The notes: generated by a model from the letters alone, not told the origin. Counted from the stretch's first letter, positions 1-10,900 are shown. The stretch is DNA of 64,000 nt from an uncultured Gemmatimonadales bacterium (GCA_963795085.1 CAWCFX010000001.1:160001-224000), one strand, 5' to 3'. Made by a program: numbers and translations.

Positions 1-1046
1 AACGCCCGGCGCCGGGCCCGCGGATACCCTTTCAGATTGGCAGCGCGGGCCGGTCCCGCAGGCTGCAGCGCCTGGATCGCCGCATCGGAAGCCAGTTCGG
101 CGCCGCGGAGCGCGGTGTAAATCCCCTCGCCGGTGAACGGGTCGAAAAAATCCGCGGCGTCTCCGACCAGCAGGGCGCCCTCGGCGATCACCCGGCGGGC
201 CCGGGTACTGAAGGGCCCGGTGGCGGCGATTTCGCCGGTCAGTCCGGCCCGGTCGATTCGTCCCCGCACGCCGGGAAACGTCTCCAGCGTCTCGAAGAAA
301 AACTCGGTCACCCGGCCCCGCGCACCTTCGGCCCGGCGGATGGGCACGACCATGGCCACGTTGGCCAGGCCGTGGCTCAGCGGATTGAGCCCGGCATACC
401 CCGCCGCGCTGACGTGCATTTCAGCTCCGGATCCGAGACCGCCCACGCCCCGGATGTGGGCGACAAAGGCCATGCGTCGGGGCCGCGCGATGCGCACCCC
501 TCCCATCCGGCGCGCCACCACCGATCGAAGGCCGTCGGCTCCCACCACCAGGCGGGCGGCCAGGGTGCGGGTACTCCCCGCGGGATCGCGGAGCCGGACG
601 CCCCGCACCATCCCGGCCTCGGTGACCAGGTCCTCCACGGCATGTCCGGGCAGAAACCCGGCGCCGGCCTCGAGTGCGCGGTGGAGCAGCACCTCGTCGA
701 GTACCCGCCGCGTCACCGAGAGCCCGACCGCATCAGGCCGCTGGGACGTGGCCTGGGCGAATTTTCCGGTGAGGGTGGAGCCACGGGACGTGACCACCGT
801 GGTGCCGGTCAGTGGCTGGGCCCCCCGGCGCCACAACTCGTCCAGAACACCGATCCGGTCCAGCCGGTCGGCGGCCCCAGGGCCCAGATATTCGGAACAG
901 GGCTTGTCGCGCGGGAAGGAGCAACGATCCACCAGCACGACGTGGTACCCGGCCCGGGCCAGCCAGAACGCCGTGGCGCTGCCGGCGGGGCCGGCACCGG
1001 CGATCAGGACGTCGAGCGCTCTGGTGGGGGAGATGGCAGCCGGCAC
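1..1046 (-). CDS. FAD-dependent oxidoreductase, geranylgeranyl-reductase family (3' end runs off window)
   Basis: Manual reverse translation from GTG 1046: DVLIAGAGPAGSATA (GxGxxG), FPRDKPCSEYL, LLVGDAADFFDPFTGEGIY; missing from ORF track because it is truncated. Confidence 0.85.
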   Translation of the reverse strand, partial: MPAAISPTRALDVLIAGAGPAGSATAFWLARAGYHVVLVDRCSFPRDKPCSEYLGPGAADRLDRIGVLDELWRRGAQPLTGTTVVTSRGSTLTGKFAQATSQRPDAVGLSVTRRVLDEVLLHRALEAGAGFLPGHAVEDLVTEAGMVRGVRLRDPAGSTRTLAARLVVGADGLRSVVARRMGGVRIARPRRMAFVAHIRGVGGLGSGAEMHVSAAGYAGLNPLSHGLANVAMVVPIRRAEGARGRVTEFFFETLETFPGVRGRIDRAGLTGEIAATGPFSTRARRVIAEGALLVGDAADFFDPFTGEGIYTALRGAELASDAAIQALQPAGPARAANLKGYPRARRRA

Positions 1047-1049
1047 GGC

Positions 1050-1475
1050 TCAGCCTATCCGGTCGTAGGGAACACCATCGAGAACCAGCCGGTCCGGGGA
1101 AAAATGTTCGAGTGTCCACCGAAAGGACACGGCGGCCGGGTTGCCATCAAAGCTCACCAGCACCACGCCGGTGCCGGCCTGCCAGGTGCAGTGCACGCCG
1201 GTCGAAAACGTCCGGTCTTCCAACACGGAATAGATTTCCGATACCCGTTGACACCCTCCCCCGGCGCCAAAGGTCCACCGGGTGGTGTGCCGTTGCAGGT
1301 CCTGGCTGGTTTGAAAAATGAAGGTCGCCTCCCAACTGCCCACGAAGGCCGGTCCGCTTCCGCCTCCGCCTCCGCCCAGGTTGCCGCCGCCGCCGCCCAG
1401 GCCGGTCGGATCGCGCACGGCGCCCTCGCACGCCGCCAGGGCGAGGAGACAAGCGAGAATGGAGAGACGTCGCAT
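1050..1475 (-). CDS. Hypothetical lipoprotein with Gly-rich linker and small beta (lipocalin-like) domain
   Basis: MRRLSILACLLALAAC lipobox, GGGGGNLGGGGGGSG linker, then FVGSW; start refined to ATG 1475. Confidence 0.7.
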   Translation of the reverse strand: MRRLSILACLLALAACEGAVRDPTGLGGGGGNLGGGGGGSGPAFVGSWEATFIFQTSQDLQRHTTRWTFGAGGGCQRVSEIYSVLEDRTFSTGVHCTWQAGTGVVLVSFDGNPAAVSFRWTLEHFSPDRLVLDGVPYDRIG

Positions 1476-1480
1476 GGGTG

Positions 1481-1717
1481 TCAGCGCTCCTCGGCCAGCG
1501 CGTCGCGGATTCTCTCGCGTAGCTGGTCCGGGCAGGGTTCCCTTCCCAGCCGCTGGCCGATCACGACCACGAACCGGGCTTCCAGCCGGGCATGTCGTTC
1601 GCAGGGGTTGCATTTGTCCAGGTGGCGCTGCACCGCGCCGGCCGCTTCCGGCGAAAGCTCCCGTTTCAGGAAGTCCATGAGCAGGTCGAGCGCCTGCTGG
1701 CAGGTGAGTGCGCTCAC
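1481..1717 (-). CDS. Zinc-binding anti-sigma factor (ZAS / zf-HC2, RsrA-like)
   Basis: TCQQALDLLMDFL...HLDKCNPC (HxxxCxxC)...CPDQLRERI; GTG start overlaps sigma stop (GTGA). Confidence 0.85.
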   Translation of the reverse strand: MSALTCQQALDLLMDFLKRELSPEAAGAVQRHLDKCNPCERHARLEARFVVVIGQRLGREPCPDQLRERIRDALAEER

Positions 1718-2280
1718 GGTGTCTCCCGGGGTTTGATATAGCCCATGGCAACGGCGTGGGAGTACAGGTCGTTCTGCATGAGCCTCCTGGCGCGGAAGAG
1801 CCGCGACTTCACCGTGCCGACCGGGATGTCGAGCGCGCCGGCGATCTCCGCGTAGGGCAATCCTTCGATATCGCTCAGTACCAGTACCTCGCGAAAATCC
1901 TCGGGCAGGCCCTCGACGGACTGGAGGATCCGCCGGTCCACGATCTGGTCGAAGAAGGTGCCTTCGGGATCGTCCGCGCCGGCCTCGCTGATCCGCGCCT
2001 CCGCATCCAGGAGGGCGGGGTCGAGGCTCACCGGCTCGCGTTTCTCCCGGCGGTAGAGATTGATGAACGTATTCCGCATGATGGCCAACAGCCACGCCCG
2101 GGCGCTGGTTCCCGGCTGGAACCGCTCCCACGCACGGTACGCCTTGAGAAGCGTATCCTGGACCAGGTCCTCGGCCCGGGCCGGTTCACCGGTATAGCGC
2201 AACCCGACCCGGTACAGCAGGTCGAGATGGGGAAGGATCTCCTGGTTGAACGCCTCGCGGCCGCCCGCATTTCCACTCAT
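1714..2280 (-). CDS. ECF RNA polymerase sigma-70 factor (SigR/SigH-like)
   Basis: AEDLVQDTLLKAYRAW, RAWLLAIMRNTFIN, YAEIAGALDIPVGTVKSRLFRAR; start refined to ATG 2280. Confidence 0.92.
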   Translation of the reverse strand: MSGNAGGREAFNQEILPHLDLLYRVGLRYTGEPARAEDLVQDTLLKAYRAWERFQPGTSARAWLLAIMRNTFINLYRREKREPVSLDPALLDAEARISEAGADDPEGTFFDQIVDRRILQSVEGLPEDFREVLVLSDIEGLPYAEIAGALDIPVGTVKSRLFRARRLMQNDLYSHAVAMGYIKPRETP

Positions 2281-2368
2281 GCCGCAAATGTAGCGGGAAG
2301 ACGCGCTTCCCCGCTTCCCTGCTCCCCCGCTACTTTTCCCGCTCCTTTCCCGAAATGACGACGACGCC

Positions 2369-2998
2369 GTGCCCGAGCAACCCTCCGTCCACGCTTTTAT
2401 TCCGCTCAGCCTTCTGGAAGCCATTCGCAACCTGGACACCCCGGTCGAAGACGGGCTTGAGGAACTGGCCGGCGAGATGGTTTCCAAGCGGCTGGGCCTG
2501 AGTCCGACCGTGGCCGCCCAGATCGCCCGCTATCAGGAAATGGCGCGGCGGGACGGCCATGTCACCGTGGAGGAAGCCCTCTCTGTCTTTCGCCTGGTGG
2601 ACCGCCGTCCCGACGCCACCCTCGTCTTTGCCGACGGCGGCCGCCGGGCGGCGCGCCATGCCCTTCGGGCGGGTCGCTTCGCGGCGAAAAGCCCGGCCCC
2701 CGGCCGGCCGGGAACGGTCGCCCGGGCACTGGGGCTTCGCCGGGCGGTCGGTGTGGCGAAGAAGATCTTCGGGGCCGATCTCCGGGTGAAGGGCCCGGTG
2801 GCGGCGGCCGAGGTCGCGTCTCCGGTCTCGGCGGTGATCGCGCGGGAATCGAAAGGCTGCGCGTTCTACGGCGCCCTGCTGGGAGAAATGCTGCGATTCC
2901 AGGTCGGATTCGAGGGGGTGATGATTCACGAACGCTGCCGGGCCCGGGGTGATACGGTATGCCAATGGCGCGGTACCCATACCGGAGGCTACGAATGA
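2369..2998 (+). CDS. Hypothetical protein with C-terminal V4R-like motif
   Basis: GCAFYGALL...HERCRARGDTVCQW matches V4R C..ExxCxxxGxxxC pattern; stop overlaps next start (ATGA). Confidence 0.6.
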   Translation: MPEQPSVHAFIPLSLLEAIRNLDTPVEDGLEELAGEMVSKRLGLSPTVAAQIARYQEMARRDGHVTVEEALSVFRLVDRRPDATLVFADGGRRAARHALRAGRFAAKSPAPGRPGTVARALGLRRAVGVAKKIFGADLRVKGPVAAAEVASPVSAVIARESKGCAFYGALLGEMLRFQVGFEGVMIHERCRARGDTVCQWRGTHTGGYE

Positions 2999-4176
2999 GC
3001 CGACTGGCCGAGCTGGACCGCGCCGCGCTGGGAGCGGCGCTCGAGGACCTGGATGCCGATGGCTGGTTGATCTACGATTTTCACGGACTCAACCCGGTGG
3101 CCGGGAGGATCCTGGGGCTTGGCGGGATGGGAACCCGGCGGCTCTTCGCGTGGCTGCCTCGGGAAGGCGACCTCGTGGCGGTGGCGCACAAGATCGAACT
3201 CCAGCCGCTGGAACACTTTCCTGGCCGGGTTATACCCTATGCTACCCACCAGGAGCTTCACGCCGCCTTGCGGGACATCGTCGGGGGCAGGACCGCCGCC
3301 ATGGAGATCTCGCCTGATGACGCGGTCCCCTATCTTGACCGGGTCCCCTACGGGGTCGTCGGATTGCTGACCCGGCTGGGGGCCACGGTGATACCCTCGG
3401 ACGCGCTGGTGAGCCGCTTTGCGGCCGGATGGAGCCGGGCCGAGCTCGATGATCATCTCTTTGCGGCCGAGGTGCTGGCGTCGGTGGCGCGGGGCGCGCT
3501 GGAGGGAGCCGTGCACCGGGGCGGAACCGGGCTCCGGGAGGCCCAGCTGCAAGCCGAGGTCATCGGAGCCATGGAGGAGGGAGGGCTGGTGCTCGATTCC
3601 CTGCCGATCGTGGGGTTCGGGCCAAATTCGGCCAACCCGCACTACGAGCCGCACGCGGGGGCGGACCGGGAACTTGAGGAGGGGGATGTCATCCTCCTGG
3701 ACCTGTGGGCAGGCCGGGGCCGGAAGACGGTGTTCGCGGACCAGACCTGGATGGCCTATGCGGGCAGGTCGGTTCCCGACGATGTGGACCGGGTCTGGCG
3801 GACGGTCCGGGACGCGCGGGATGCGGCAATCACGCGGCTTCGGGATGGCCGGGCCCGGAACGAGCCGGTGGCGGGGTACCAGCTGGACCGGGCGGCGCGT
3901 AACCTGATCACGGAAGCGGGGTACGGGGAGTATTTCGTCCACCGGACCGGCCACTCGATTGATCGGGACCTTCACGGTTCCGGCCCGCATCTCGACGATT
4001 TCGAGACCCACGACGACCGCGAACTGGTGACGGGGGTAGGCTTTTCGGTGGAGCCGGGGGTCTATCTGCCCGGGCGGTTCGGAGTGAGGAGCGAGGTCAA
4101 CGTTTACAATGCGGCGGAGGGACCGCTGGTGACTCCATCGGCTCCCCAGCGCGACCTTATAATAATGAAGAGCTGA
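2995..4176 (+). CDS. M24 family Xaa-Pro aminopeptidase
   Basis: NSANPHY, LLDLW, ADQTW, HRTGHSI, FSVEPGVY, GVRSE metal-ligand motifs. Confidence 0.9.
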   Translation: MSRLAELDRAALGAALEDLDADGWLIYDFHGLNPVAGRILGLGGMGTRRLFAWLPREGDLVAVAHKIELQPLEHFPGRVIPYATHQELHAALRDIVGGRTAAMEISPDDAVPYLDRVPYGVVGLLTRLGATVIPSDALVSRFAAGWSRAELDDHLFAAEVLASVARGALEGAVHRGGTGLREAQLQAEVIGAMEEGGLVLDSLPIVGFGPNSANPHYEPHAGADRELEEGDVILLDLWAGRGRKTVFADQTWMAYAGRSVPDDVDRVWRTVRDARDAAITRLRDGRARNEPVAGYQLDRAARNLITEAGYGEYFVHRTGHSIDRDLHGSGPHLDDFETHDDRELVTGVGFSVEPGVYLPGRFGVRSEVNVYNAAEGPLVTPSAPQRDLIIMKS

Positions 4177-4343
4177 AGTCTTATCCTCCGGAAAGCGCTC
4201 CATTTCCGGATGGCGCGGGGGCGGGTGTGCATGACCCGATGGCACCTTCGTCCTAGGCGCGACATCGACAGATCCGTTACATCTTGCGTTGTTTCAGGGA
4301 GTTACGGACCGGTCGGTGAACCCAGGCTGAAACACGGTCTTCC

Positions 4344-4372
4344 TTGACATGCGATTTTGGGGGCTCCATATT
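4344..4372 (+). promoter_or_regulatory. Sigma-70 promoter for the TBDR cluster
   Basis: TTGACA (4344-4349), 17-nt spacer, CATATT (4367-4372). Confidence 0.6.
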
Positions 4373-4561
4373 GTCAGTCCGACCGGGCCGCGGTCGGAAA
4401 TCCAGGTTTCCAGTTAGTTGCCTCTCTTCTCTCCACATCGCAGGTCGCAGGGCCAACACGGGTGTCGCATTCCGTTCCCGGCGTCTCTTGCTGGGGCGCG
4501 TGTGCTTGCAGGCCGAAGGTTCGGCAGTAATTCTGTGTTCACGCCTTTGGAGGACGTCCAC

Positions 4562-7500
4562 ATGAAACAAAGCTGTGTCAGCGCCTTCGCACGCGTTGCG
4601 CGATTCGTCGCCATCGCGGCAGTGGCTCTGGGGTTCAGCGCGGGAGCGCTGTATGCCCAGGCGACTGGTAAGATCGAAGGCAGAGTGCGCGATCAGGCGG
4701 GAGCGCCGATCGCCAACGCCCAGGTCACCATCGTCGGCACCGCGTTTGGTGCCCTGACGAACAACCAGGGATACTACTTCTTCAACAACGTGCCGGTAGG
4801 TACGGCCAGTGTTCGCGCGGCATTCGTGGGTTACAAGTCAGCTGAGGCGCAGGGTGTCCGCGTCCTGGCCGGCCAGACCGTGACCCAGGACATTCAGCTT
4901 GAGCAGACGCCGTTCCAGGTGGACGAGATCACCGTGACGGCGGCCGCCACCCCGCTGGTGCCGCGCGACGAGGTCACCACCCGTCAGCGGCTGCAGGGCG
5001 ATTACGTGGAAGCCCTGCCGGCGGACCGGATCAACAACGTCCTCGCGCTCCAGCCGGGCGTGGTGGCGAGTCCGGGCGGCGGCGCCCTTTCCATCCGCGG
5101 CGGCCGGACCGACCAGGCCGCGACCTACGTGGACGGCGTACCCACCACCCCGGGGTACCGGGGCACCGGGTTCCGGTCCTCGCTGCAGGGCGGCAACGGT
5201 GCCTCGATCGGCACCAATGCCTTTGAGCAGGCCTCGGTGACCACCGGCGCCTCCTCGGCCGAGTTCGGCAATGCCCAGTCCGGCATCATCAACATCGAGA
5301 CCCGGACCGGCGGCTCCACCCTGCGCGGCAACGTGCAGTACGAGACCGACGAGCCGTTCGGCGTCAGCCGGAGCCAGGGCTTCAACCGGGTCCAGGGCAG
5401 CGTTGGCGGCCCGACCGGCATCAGCAACCTGACGTTCTTCCTGTCCGGCGTGCTGGAAGGCCGGCAATCGCAGGGCGCCGGGTTTGACTCCGAGAAGTTC
5501 CCGGTCTTCATCCCGGTGGGTGTGGACACCACGGTGGCCGTGCCCAGCGTCGTCGGGAGTGCCACGGCGGATACCACCTTTGTCAATGTGCAGCAGTTCG
5601 CCATCGCGCGGGGAGACTGCGACACCTTCTCGAGCAGCAGCAACTCCGATATCGCCAACAATTACGGCTTTGACTGCCAGGGTGTCCGGTTCCCGGGCTC
5701 CGCGTCAACGGTCTATCAGACCACGGCCAAGCTGAACTACACCTTCGGCACGGGCAGCCGGATTTTCCTGGCCTGGCAGGGCAGCCGGAACCACGGCCGG
5801 AACGCGGGAGGGTTCAATAACCCGCAGAACATCTCCGGCTTCCGGATCAACAACAACAATGTCACCCTCGGGTGGACCCAGAACCTGAGCAAGTCGGCCG
5901 ACCGCGCCCTCGCGCTGGACGCCTACCTGTCCTACCAGACGGACCGCCAGGTCGGCAGCATCCTGACCCGGCAGGCCGAGCTGGATTCCCGCGATCCCTT
6001 CGGCGGGTTCATTCTCGGCGGGATCGACTTCCTGTTTGACTTCGATAACTTCCCGCTCAATGATGAGCTGATCAACAATTTCCGAAACAACATTCCGGGC
6101 AGCCGGCGGACTCCGCTGGATCTGGAGAACACCAGCCAGTACTCCCTTATTGACAAGTATCGCAACAGCCCCTACGGCCTGGGCGGCGGTTCGGAGACGG
6201 GTGGCCCGAATGGCGCCTTGACTCTTTACCGTGAGAACCGGCTCCGCGGCAAGGTCAACCTCGACTGGCAGTTCGACCGCTATAACCGGGTCAAGCTGGG
6301 TGGCGAGTTTACCCGGTTCGAGATTGGCAGCTACAACCACACCCTGACCAGCCAGGCCTTCTCCGAGGCCTTCATCGAGAAGCCGATCCAGTACGACGTC
6401 TTCCTCGAGGACCGGCTGGACCTGGGCGACGTGGTCGTGGTGGGCGGCCTGCGGTACGATTTCTATGACTCCCGCGCGGCCCGGCCCTACGTGCTGGACA
6501 CCGTGTCGAGCAGCGCGACCTTCGGCCAGTACAGTTACTTCCCGACGCCCAACAGCTACGGCTCCGGCGGCGTGATGTTCAACGGGCTGCCGCTGGCCAA
6601 GTACGTGGATGACCCGACCCACGACTACCTGAGCCCCCACATCCAGGTGTCGTTCCCGGTCACCGACCGGACCAACTTCCGGCTCTCCTACGCCCACCAG
6701 GTGCAGGCCCCGGACTTCAACCTGATCCTGGGCGGCGTCAACACCGACCTGCGGGTCACCAACACCAACCACGTGTACGGTTCCGACCTCGACTTCGGCA
6801 AGACCATCACCTTCGAGTTCGGCATCCGGCACGCGTTCAGCGACGACATGGTGCTGGACATCTCGGCGTACAACAAGGACATCCTGTCCGATGCCACCGG
6901 CCGGCTGGTTTCGTTCCCGGACCCGGCCCGGCTGGGCGAGAACGTGGACATCCGGATCTTCACCAACGCCGACTTCGGCAACGCCCGGGGCATCGATCTT
7001 CGGCTGGACCGGCGGATCGGGCGGTTCTTCAACGGGGTCCTGAGCTACACCTTCCAGGACGCCAAGAACACCGGGTCGGACCCGTTCACGTACATCAACT
7101 TCGGCTCCCGGATCATCAACCAGATCTCGGGCGGCAACCAGCCCCCGCCGCAGGGCATCTTCGCGACGGCCAACAGCCGGCCGCACAACCTGGCGGGTTC
7201 CTTCGCGCTCACCGTTCCGAGCGACTGGAAGGAAGGCTCCACGGTGGGCTCCATACTCCGCGGGGTTGGCATCACGGCGCTGTTCCGCTACTCCAGCGGC
7301 ACCGCCTACACCAAGTGCCCGGCGGACACCGGCAATGAGGCCGTCATCTCGGGCCAGGTCTGCGACCGCGAATTCGAGGGCGACTTCTTCGGCGCCCGGC
7401 GGCCGGCGTACAAGCAGTTGGACATGAAGTTCACCAAGGGCTTCGGCCTGGGCGGACTGGACATCACGGCGTACCTCGATGCCCGGAACATCCTCAACTT

Positions 7501-7885
7501 CAAGAACATCCTGAACGTGTTCGCCACGACCAACGACGTGGTCAACAACATCGAGCGGATCCAGCAGAACTCGGCCGACAGCGTCGGATTTGCCGAGGAG
7601 GGGGCCATTAACGGGGTCCGGCAGAGCGACGGGTCCCTGGACCTCCGCTTCGGCAACGCCGGGGCGTCGGGTTGCGGCAACTGGACCAATACCCAGTCCA
7701 CGCCGACGGCACCCAGTTGCGTGTACCTGGTCCGGGCGGAGGAGCGCTTCGGTAACGGGGACCACATCTTCACGCTGGAAGAACAGCTGGCCGCTTCCAA
7801 CGCGGCGTATGACCTCGGTCGTGGCATTCACACCTTTACCGACACTCCCCGGCGGCTTCGCCTGGGCATCGAAGTGAACTTCTAG
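4562..7885 (+). CDS. TonB-dependent receptor with N-terminal carboxypeptidase-regulatory-like domain
   Basis: GGAGG RBS, signal peptide ending ALYAQA, GKIEGRVRD..GAPIANAQV, plug SIRGGR..YVDGVP..SAEFGNAQSGIINI, GLRYD, C-terminal RLGIEVNF. Confidence 0.9.
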   Translation: MKQSCVSAFARVARFVAIAAVALGFSAGALYAQATGKIEGRVRDQAGAPIANAQVTIVGTAFGALTNNQGYYFFNNVPVGTASVRAAFVGYKSAEAQGVRVLAGQTVTQDIQLEQTPFQVDEITVTAAATPLVPRDEVTTRQRLQGDYVEALPADRINNVLALQPGVVASPGGGALSIRGGRTDQAATYVDGVPTTPGYRGTGFRSSLQGGNGASIGTNAFEQASVTTGASSAEFGNAQSGIINIETRTGGSTLRGNVQYETDEPFGVSRSQGFNRVQGSVGGPTGISNLTFFLSGVLEGRQSQGAGFDSEKFPVFIPVGVDTTVAVPSVVGSATADTTFVNVQQFAIARGDCDTFSSSSNSDIANNYGFDCQGVRFPGSASTVYQTTAKLNYTFGTGSRIFLAWQGSRNHGRNAGGFNNPQNISGFRINNNNVTLGWTQNLSKSADRALALDAYLSYQTDRQVGSILTRQAELDSRDPFGGFILGGIDFLFDFDNFPLNDELINNFRNNIPGSRRTPLDLENTSQYSLIDKYRNSPYGLGGGSETGGPNGALTLYRENRLRGKVNLDWQFDRYNRVKLGGEFTRFEIGSYNHTLTSQAFSEAFIEKPIQYDVFLEDRLDLGDVVVVGGLRYDFYDSRAARPYVLDTVSSSATFGQYSYFPTPNSYGSGGVMFNGLPLAKYVDDPTHDYLSPHIQVSFPVTDRTNFRLSYAHQVQAPDFNLILGGVNTDLRVTNTNHVYGSDLDFGKTITFEFGIRHAFSDDMVLDISAYNKDILSDATGRLVSFPDPARLGENVDIRIFTNADFGNARGIDLRLDRRIGRFFNGVLSYTFQDAKNTGSDPFTYINFGSRIINQISGGNQPPPQGIFATANSRPHNLAGSFALTVPSDWKEGSTVGSILRGVGITALFRYSSGTAYTKCPADTGNEAVISGQVCDREFEGDFFGARRPAYKQLDMKFTKGFGLGGLDITAYLDARNILNFKNILNVFATTNDVVNNIERIQQNSADSVGFAEEGAINGVRQSDGSLDLRFGNAGASGCGNWTNTQSTPTAPSCVYLVRAEERFGNGDHIFTLEEQLAASNAAYDLGRGIHTFTDTPRRLRLGIEVNF

Positions 7886-7890
7886 TTTCC

Positions 7891-7929
7891 GGCGGTGCCG
7901 GGGGTCGCAAGCGCGGTCCCCGGTACGCC
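7891..7929 (+). other. GC-rich intergenic stem-loop (attenuator or mRNA stabiliser)
   Basis: GTGCCGGGG..CCCCGGTAC stem (with G-U pairs), followed about 6 nt later by TTTTT, between TBDR and the CTD gene. Confidence 0.45.
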
Positions 7930-7958
7930 ACTGCCTTTTTCTGATGAGAGAGGATGCA

Positions 7959-10900
7959 ATGCACTCACTATTTCGTAAGAGAGGCGTGATTCTTACCGGG
8001 CTTCTCGCCCTCGTGCTGGCGGTGGTGCTGCCGACGGATGCGTCGGCAAAACCAGAGCCGGGCGCGAAAGGCCGCGGGTTCCGGATGTTTGCGCGTCCGT
8101 TAGGCGCCATGACGATCAACCGGATCTATTGCGGCCTCAGCTCCACCGGCGAGGTCTGCGTCGATTCGTCGAACTCCTCCACTATCGGTGGCGGGTTCTG
8201 GCCCAAGGGTACGGCGAACCAGTACGTGTTCAACTCGGGCCTCCAGATCGCCGGCATTATCGGGCCAGACGGCGGCCCCTGGGCCAGCGACACGACGGGC
8301 GCCTTCTTCTTCGACCCGAAGGGCACCACCCAGCACGGGGAGCAGGTCCAGCCGATCTACAATACCCAGAGCGCCGGCGATAACGCGTTCATCTGCGGGA
8401 TCGGGAGCTTCGGGTGTAACAGCGGCACCACCGACCCGGTGGCACTGGCGGCGCGAGTCCCGGCCCTCGATGACAACGCGGCCATCTTCAACCCCTTGCT
8501 ACGGGGCCGGACCGCGGCGTCGCAGGGCGACGTCTGGTGGCTTTCCTGGGACGGCAACCCCGGCCTGCTGGCCGGCCGGCCCCACCCGCTCGGCGTGGTC
8601 GTCGAGCAGCGCGGCCTGGGGTGGAACTTCCCCAGCGGCAACGAAGACATCATTTACTTCATCTACACGTTCTATAACGTCACCTCGATCAACCCGGCCG
8701 ATTATGCCGCGGTGCGGCCCGGCATGCGGGAGATCCTGATCCAGCAGGCCAACACCTTCCAGCAGCGGAACGAGGCCACCTTCGGCATCTCGCTGCCGGA
8801 CGGGGGCTATACCATCACCGACATGTTCGCCAACTTCTCGGCCGACATGGACGTGGGTTCAGCGACCCAGAACTACGCCTCGGTGAACGTGCCGTTCGCG
8901 CTGGGCTATACCTACGAGAACACCTTCTCCCGGTTCGCGGGCTGGACCTTTGACCCGTCGATCTTCGGGGCCCCGTTCTTCGCGGGCACCGGTTTCGTGG
9001 GGGTGAAGTATCTCAAGAGCCCGGAAGTCAACGGCCAGGAAGTGGGCCTTTCGCTGTTCAGCAACACGACGAACGGCGGCGGCGACCTGAACGACCCGCG
9101 GGACGTCAAGCAGCTCTACCGCTACGTCTCCGGTACCCTGAGCCCGGCCTTCGGCGACGGGGCCTGTAACTTCAATCCGCAGACCCAGAAGATCTGCTTC
9201 ATCCGGACGGCATCGCCGGCGGATATGCGGTTCTTCCAGTCCTCGGGTCCGCTGACGCTGGCGCCGGGCGAGTTTGGCTCGGTGGTGGTGGCGTATCTGT
9301 TTGCCGCGCCGGTTCGCACCGGCGGGTCGGCGGCCTGCCCCACCTGCGACATCAAGCCGGGCAACGCGACGATTACCGCGGGCCTGGGAGATCCGAACGT
9401 GATAGCGCTCGGTGTGAATCCGATCGACTCCATCACCGGCTTTCTCGACGCGAATGATTCCAACGGCGACGGGGTGCTGACGCAGGAGGAGTTCGTGGTG
9501 GTGCCGGGCTCGCTGCTGGGCAAGGCCAAGGTCGCGCAGGCGGTGTTCGACAACCAGTTCCTGCTGCCGTTCGCGCCCGATGCGCCCGAGTTCTTCCTGA
9601 TCCCGGGCGACAACCAGGTCACCGTGATGTGGCGGCCCTCGCCCTCGGAAACTTCCGGTGATCCGTTCTATGCGATTGCCAGCCAGGCCACCGTGCTGTG
9701 CGATCCGGACGATGTGATGAGCGGCCAGTGTCCGAACGCCCTGTACGACCCGAACTACCGCGAGTTCGATGTGGAAGGCTACCGGGTGTACCGGGGCCGG
9801 GTGGACGCGCCGAACACGCTCCGTCTCCTGGCGCAGTTCGACTATTCCGGAACGGTGATCTCCGATTTCGCCGGGCAGATCAATCCCGGCCCGCTGTGCG
9901 CCCCCGAACTGGGGGTGACGACTAACTGCCCGGTCGCGTACGATCCGATCGCTCCGGGGCTGCCCCGCTCGGCCCATGTGGACGTTCCGCTGGTGGGTAC
10001 CATCACCCAGGTGAAGCTGGGCGACCGGGCGCTGCTGGCCAACAATGAAGCCATCATCCTCAACCTCGACACCTACCCGAACACCGTCACCACGCTGGGC
10101 AGCTGCGCGCCCTCCATCTGCCCGGCGCTGTCCGACACCGGCGTGCCGTTCGTGTACGTGGACAACACGGTGCGGAACAATTTCCGCTATTTCTACTCGG
10201 TGACGGCGTTTGACATCAACTCGTTCCAGTCCGGTCCCAGCAACCTGGAGTCGGCCCGGGTGACGAAGTCGGTGACCCCGGTGCGGCCGGCCGGGAACTA
10301 CGCCAACGCCGGCACGCTGACCTCGGTGACCATCGAGGGCCGGGGGGTGACGCTGGACCACAATGCGCCCCTGCCGACGATTGACGGAGCGACGGGCCGG
10401 TTCAGCGGGCCCTTCCCGGCCGCGTCGGACTGGACCATCGGGTTCGGGGATTTCGTAGCGGCCGTGCTGAGCCAGCCGGGCAGCTTCGCCGCGCACCTGG
10501 ACAGCATCTCCCTGGGCAGCCCGTACGACGGCATTCCCCATCTCTACTGGTGGACGGCCACCTCGGGGAACAATTCGGCCTCCTTCTCCGTCGCAATCCT
10601 GCAGCCCCAGGAAATCGGGGTGCGCAGCGGCGCGACATCGTTCTCCGCGGTCCCGGTGGATCCGGCGCTGGCCTCCCGGTACGGGGGCGGCGCGGGCTAT
10701 ACGCTTCAGGGCCAGGTCGGGATGTCCTTGCCGGGCCCGGACTACATGACCATCTACGGCCGTGGCTGCGTCAACAGCCGTGACGGGTTTGCCGTCCAGG
10801 GCGCCGGGGCCTGTACCTATAACGGGTCGCGGTGGTTCGACGGCCCGTCGCCGGCCAACAACGAGACGGCGGTGGATCCGATCGCCGGCAACACGGCGAA

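Noticed and set aside
133..1736. Plus-strand ORFs of 311 and 454 aa
   Set aside because: The real genes are on the minus strand (oxidoreductase, lipoprotein, anti-sigma).
4430..4530. Known riboswitch (cobalamin, c-di-GMP-I, TPP) ahead of the TBDR
   Set aside because: Only a vague GGGCCAACAC resemblance; core consensus elements not found by eye. An Rfam scan would decide.
4562..7885. Classical SusC/SusD polysaccharide utilisation locus
   Set aside because: No SusD-like lipoprotein follows the receptor and no glycoside hydrolases are adjacent.
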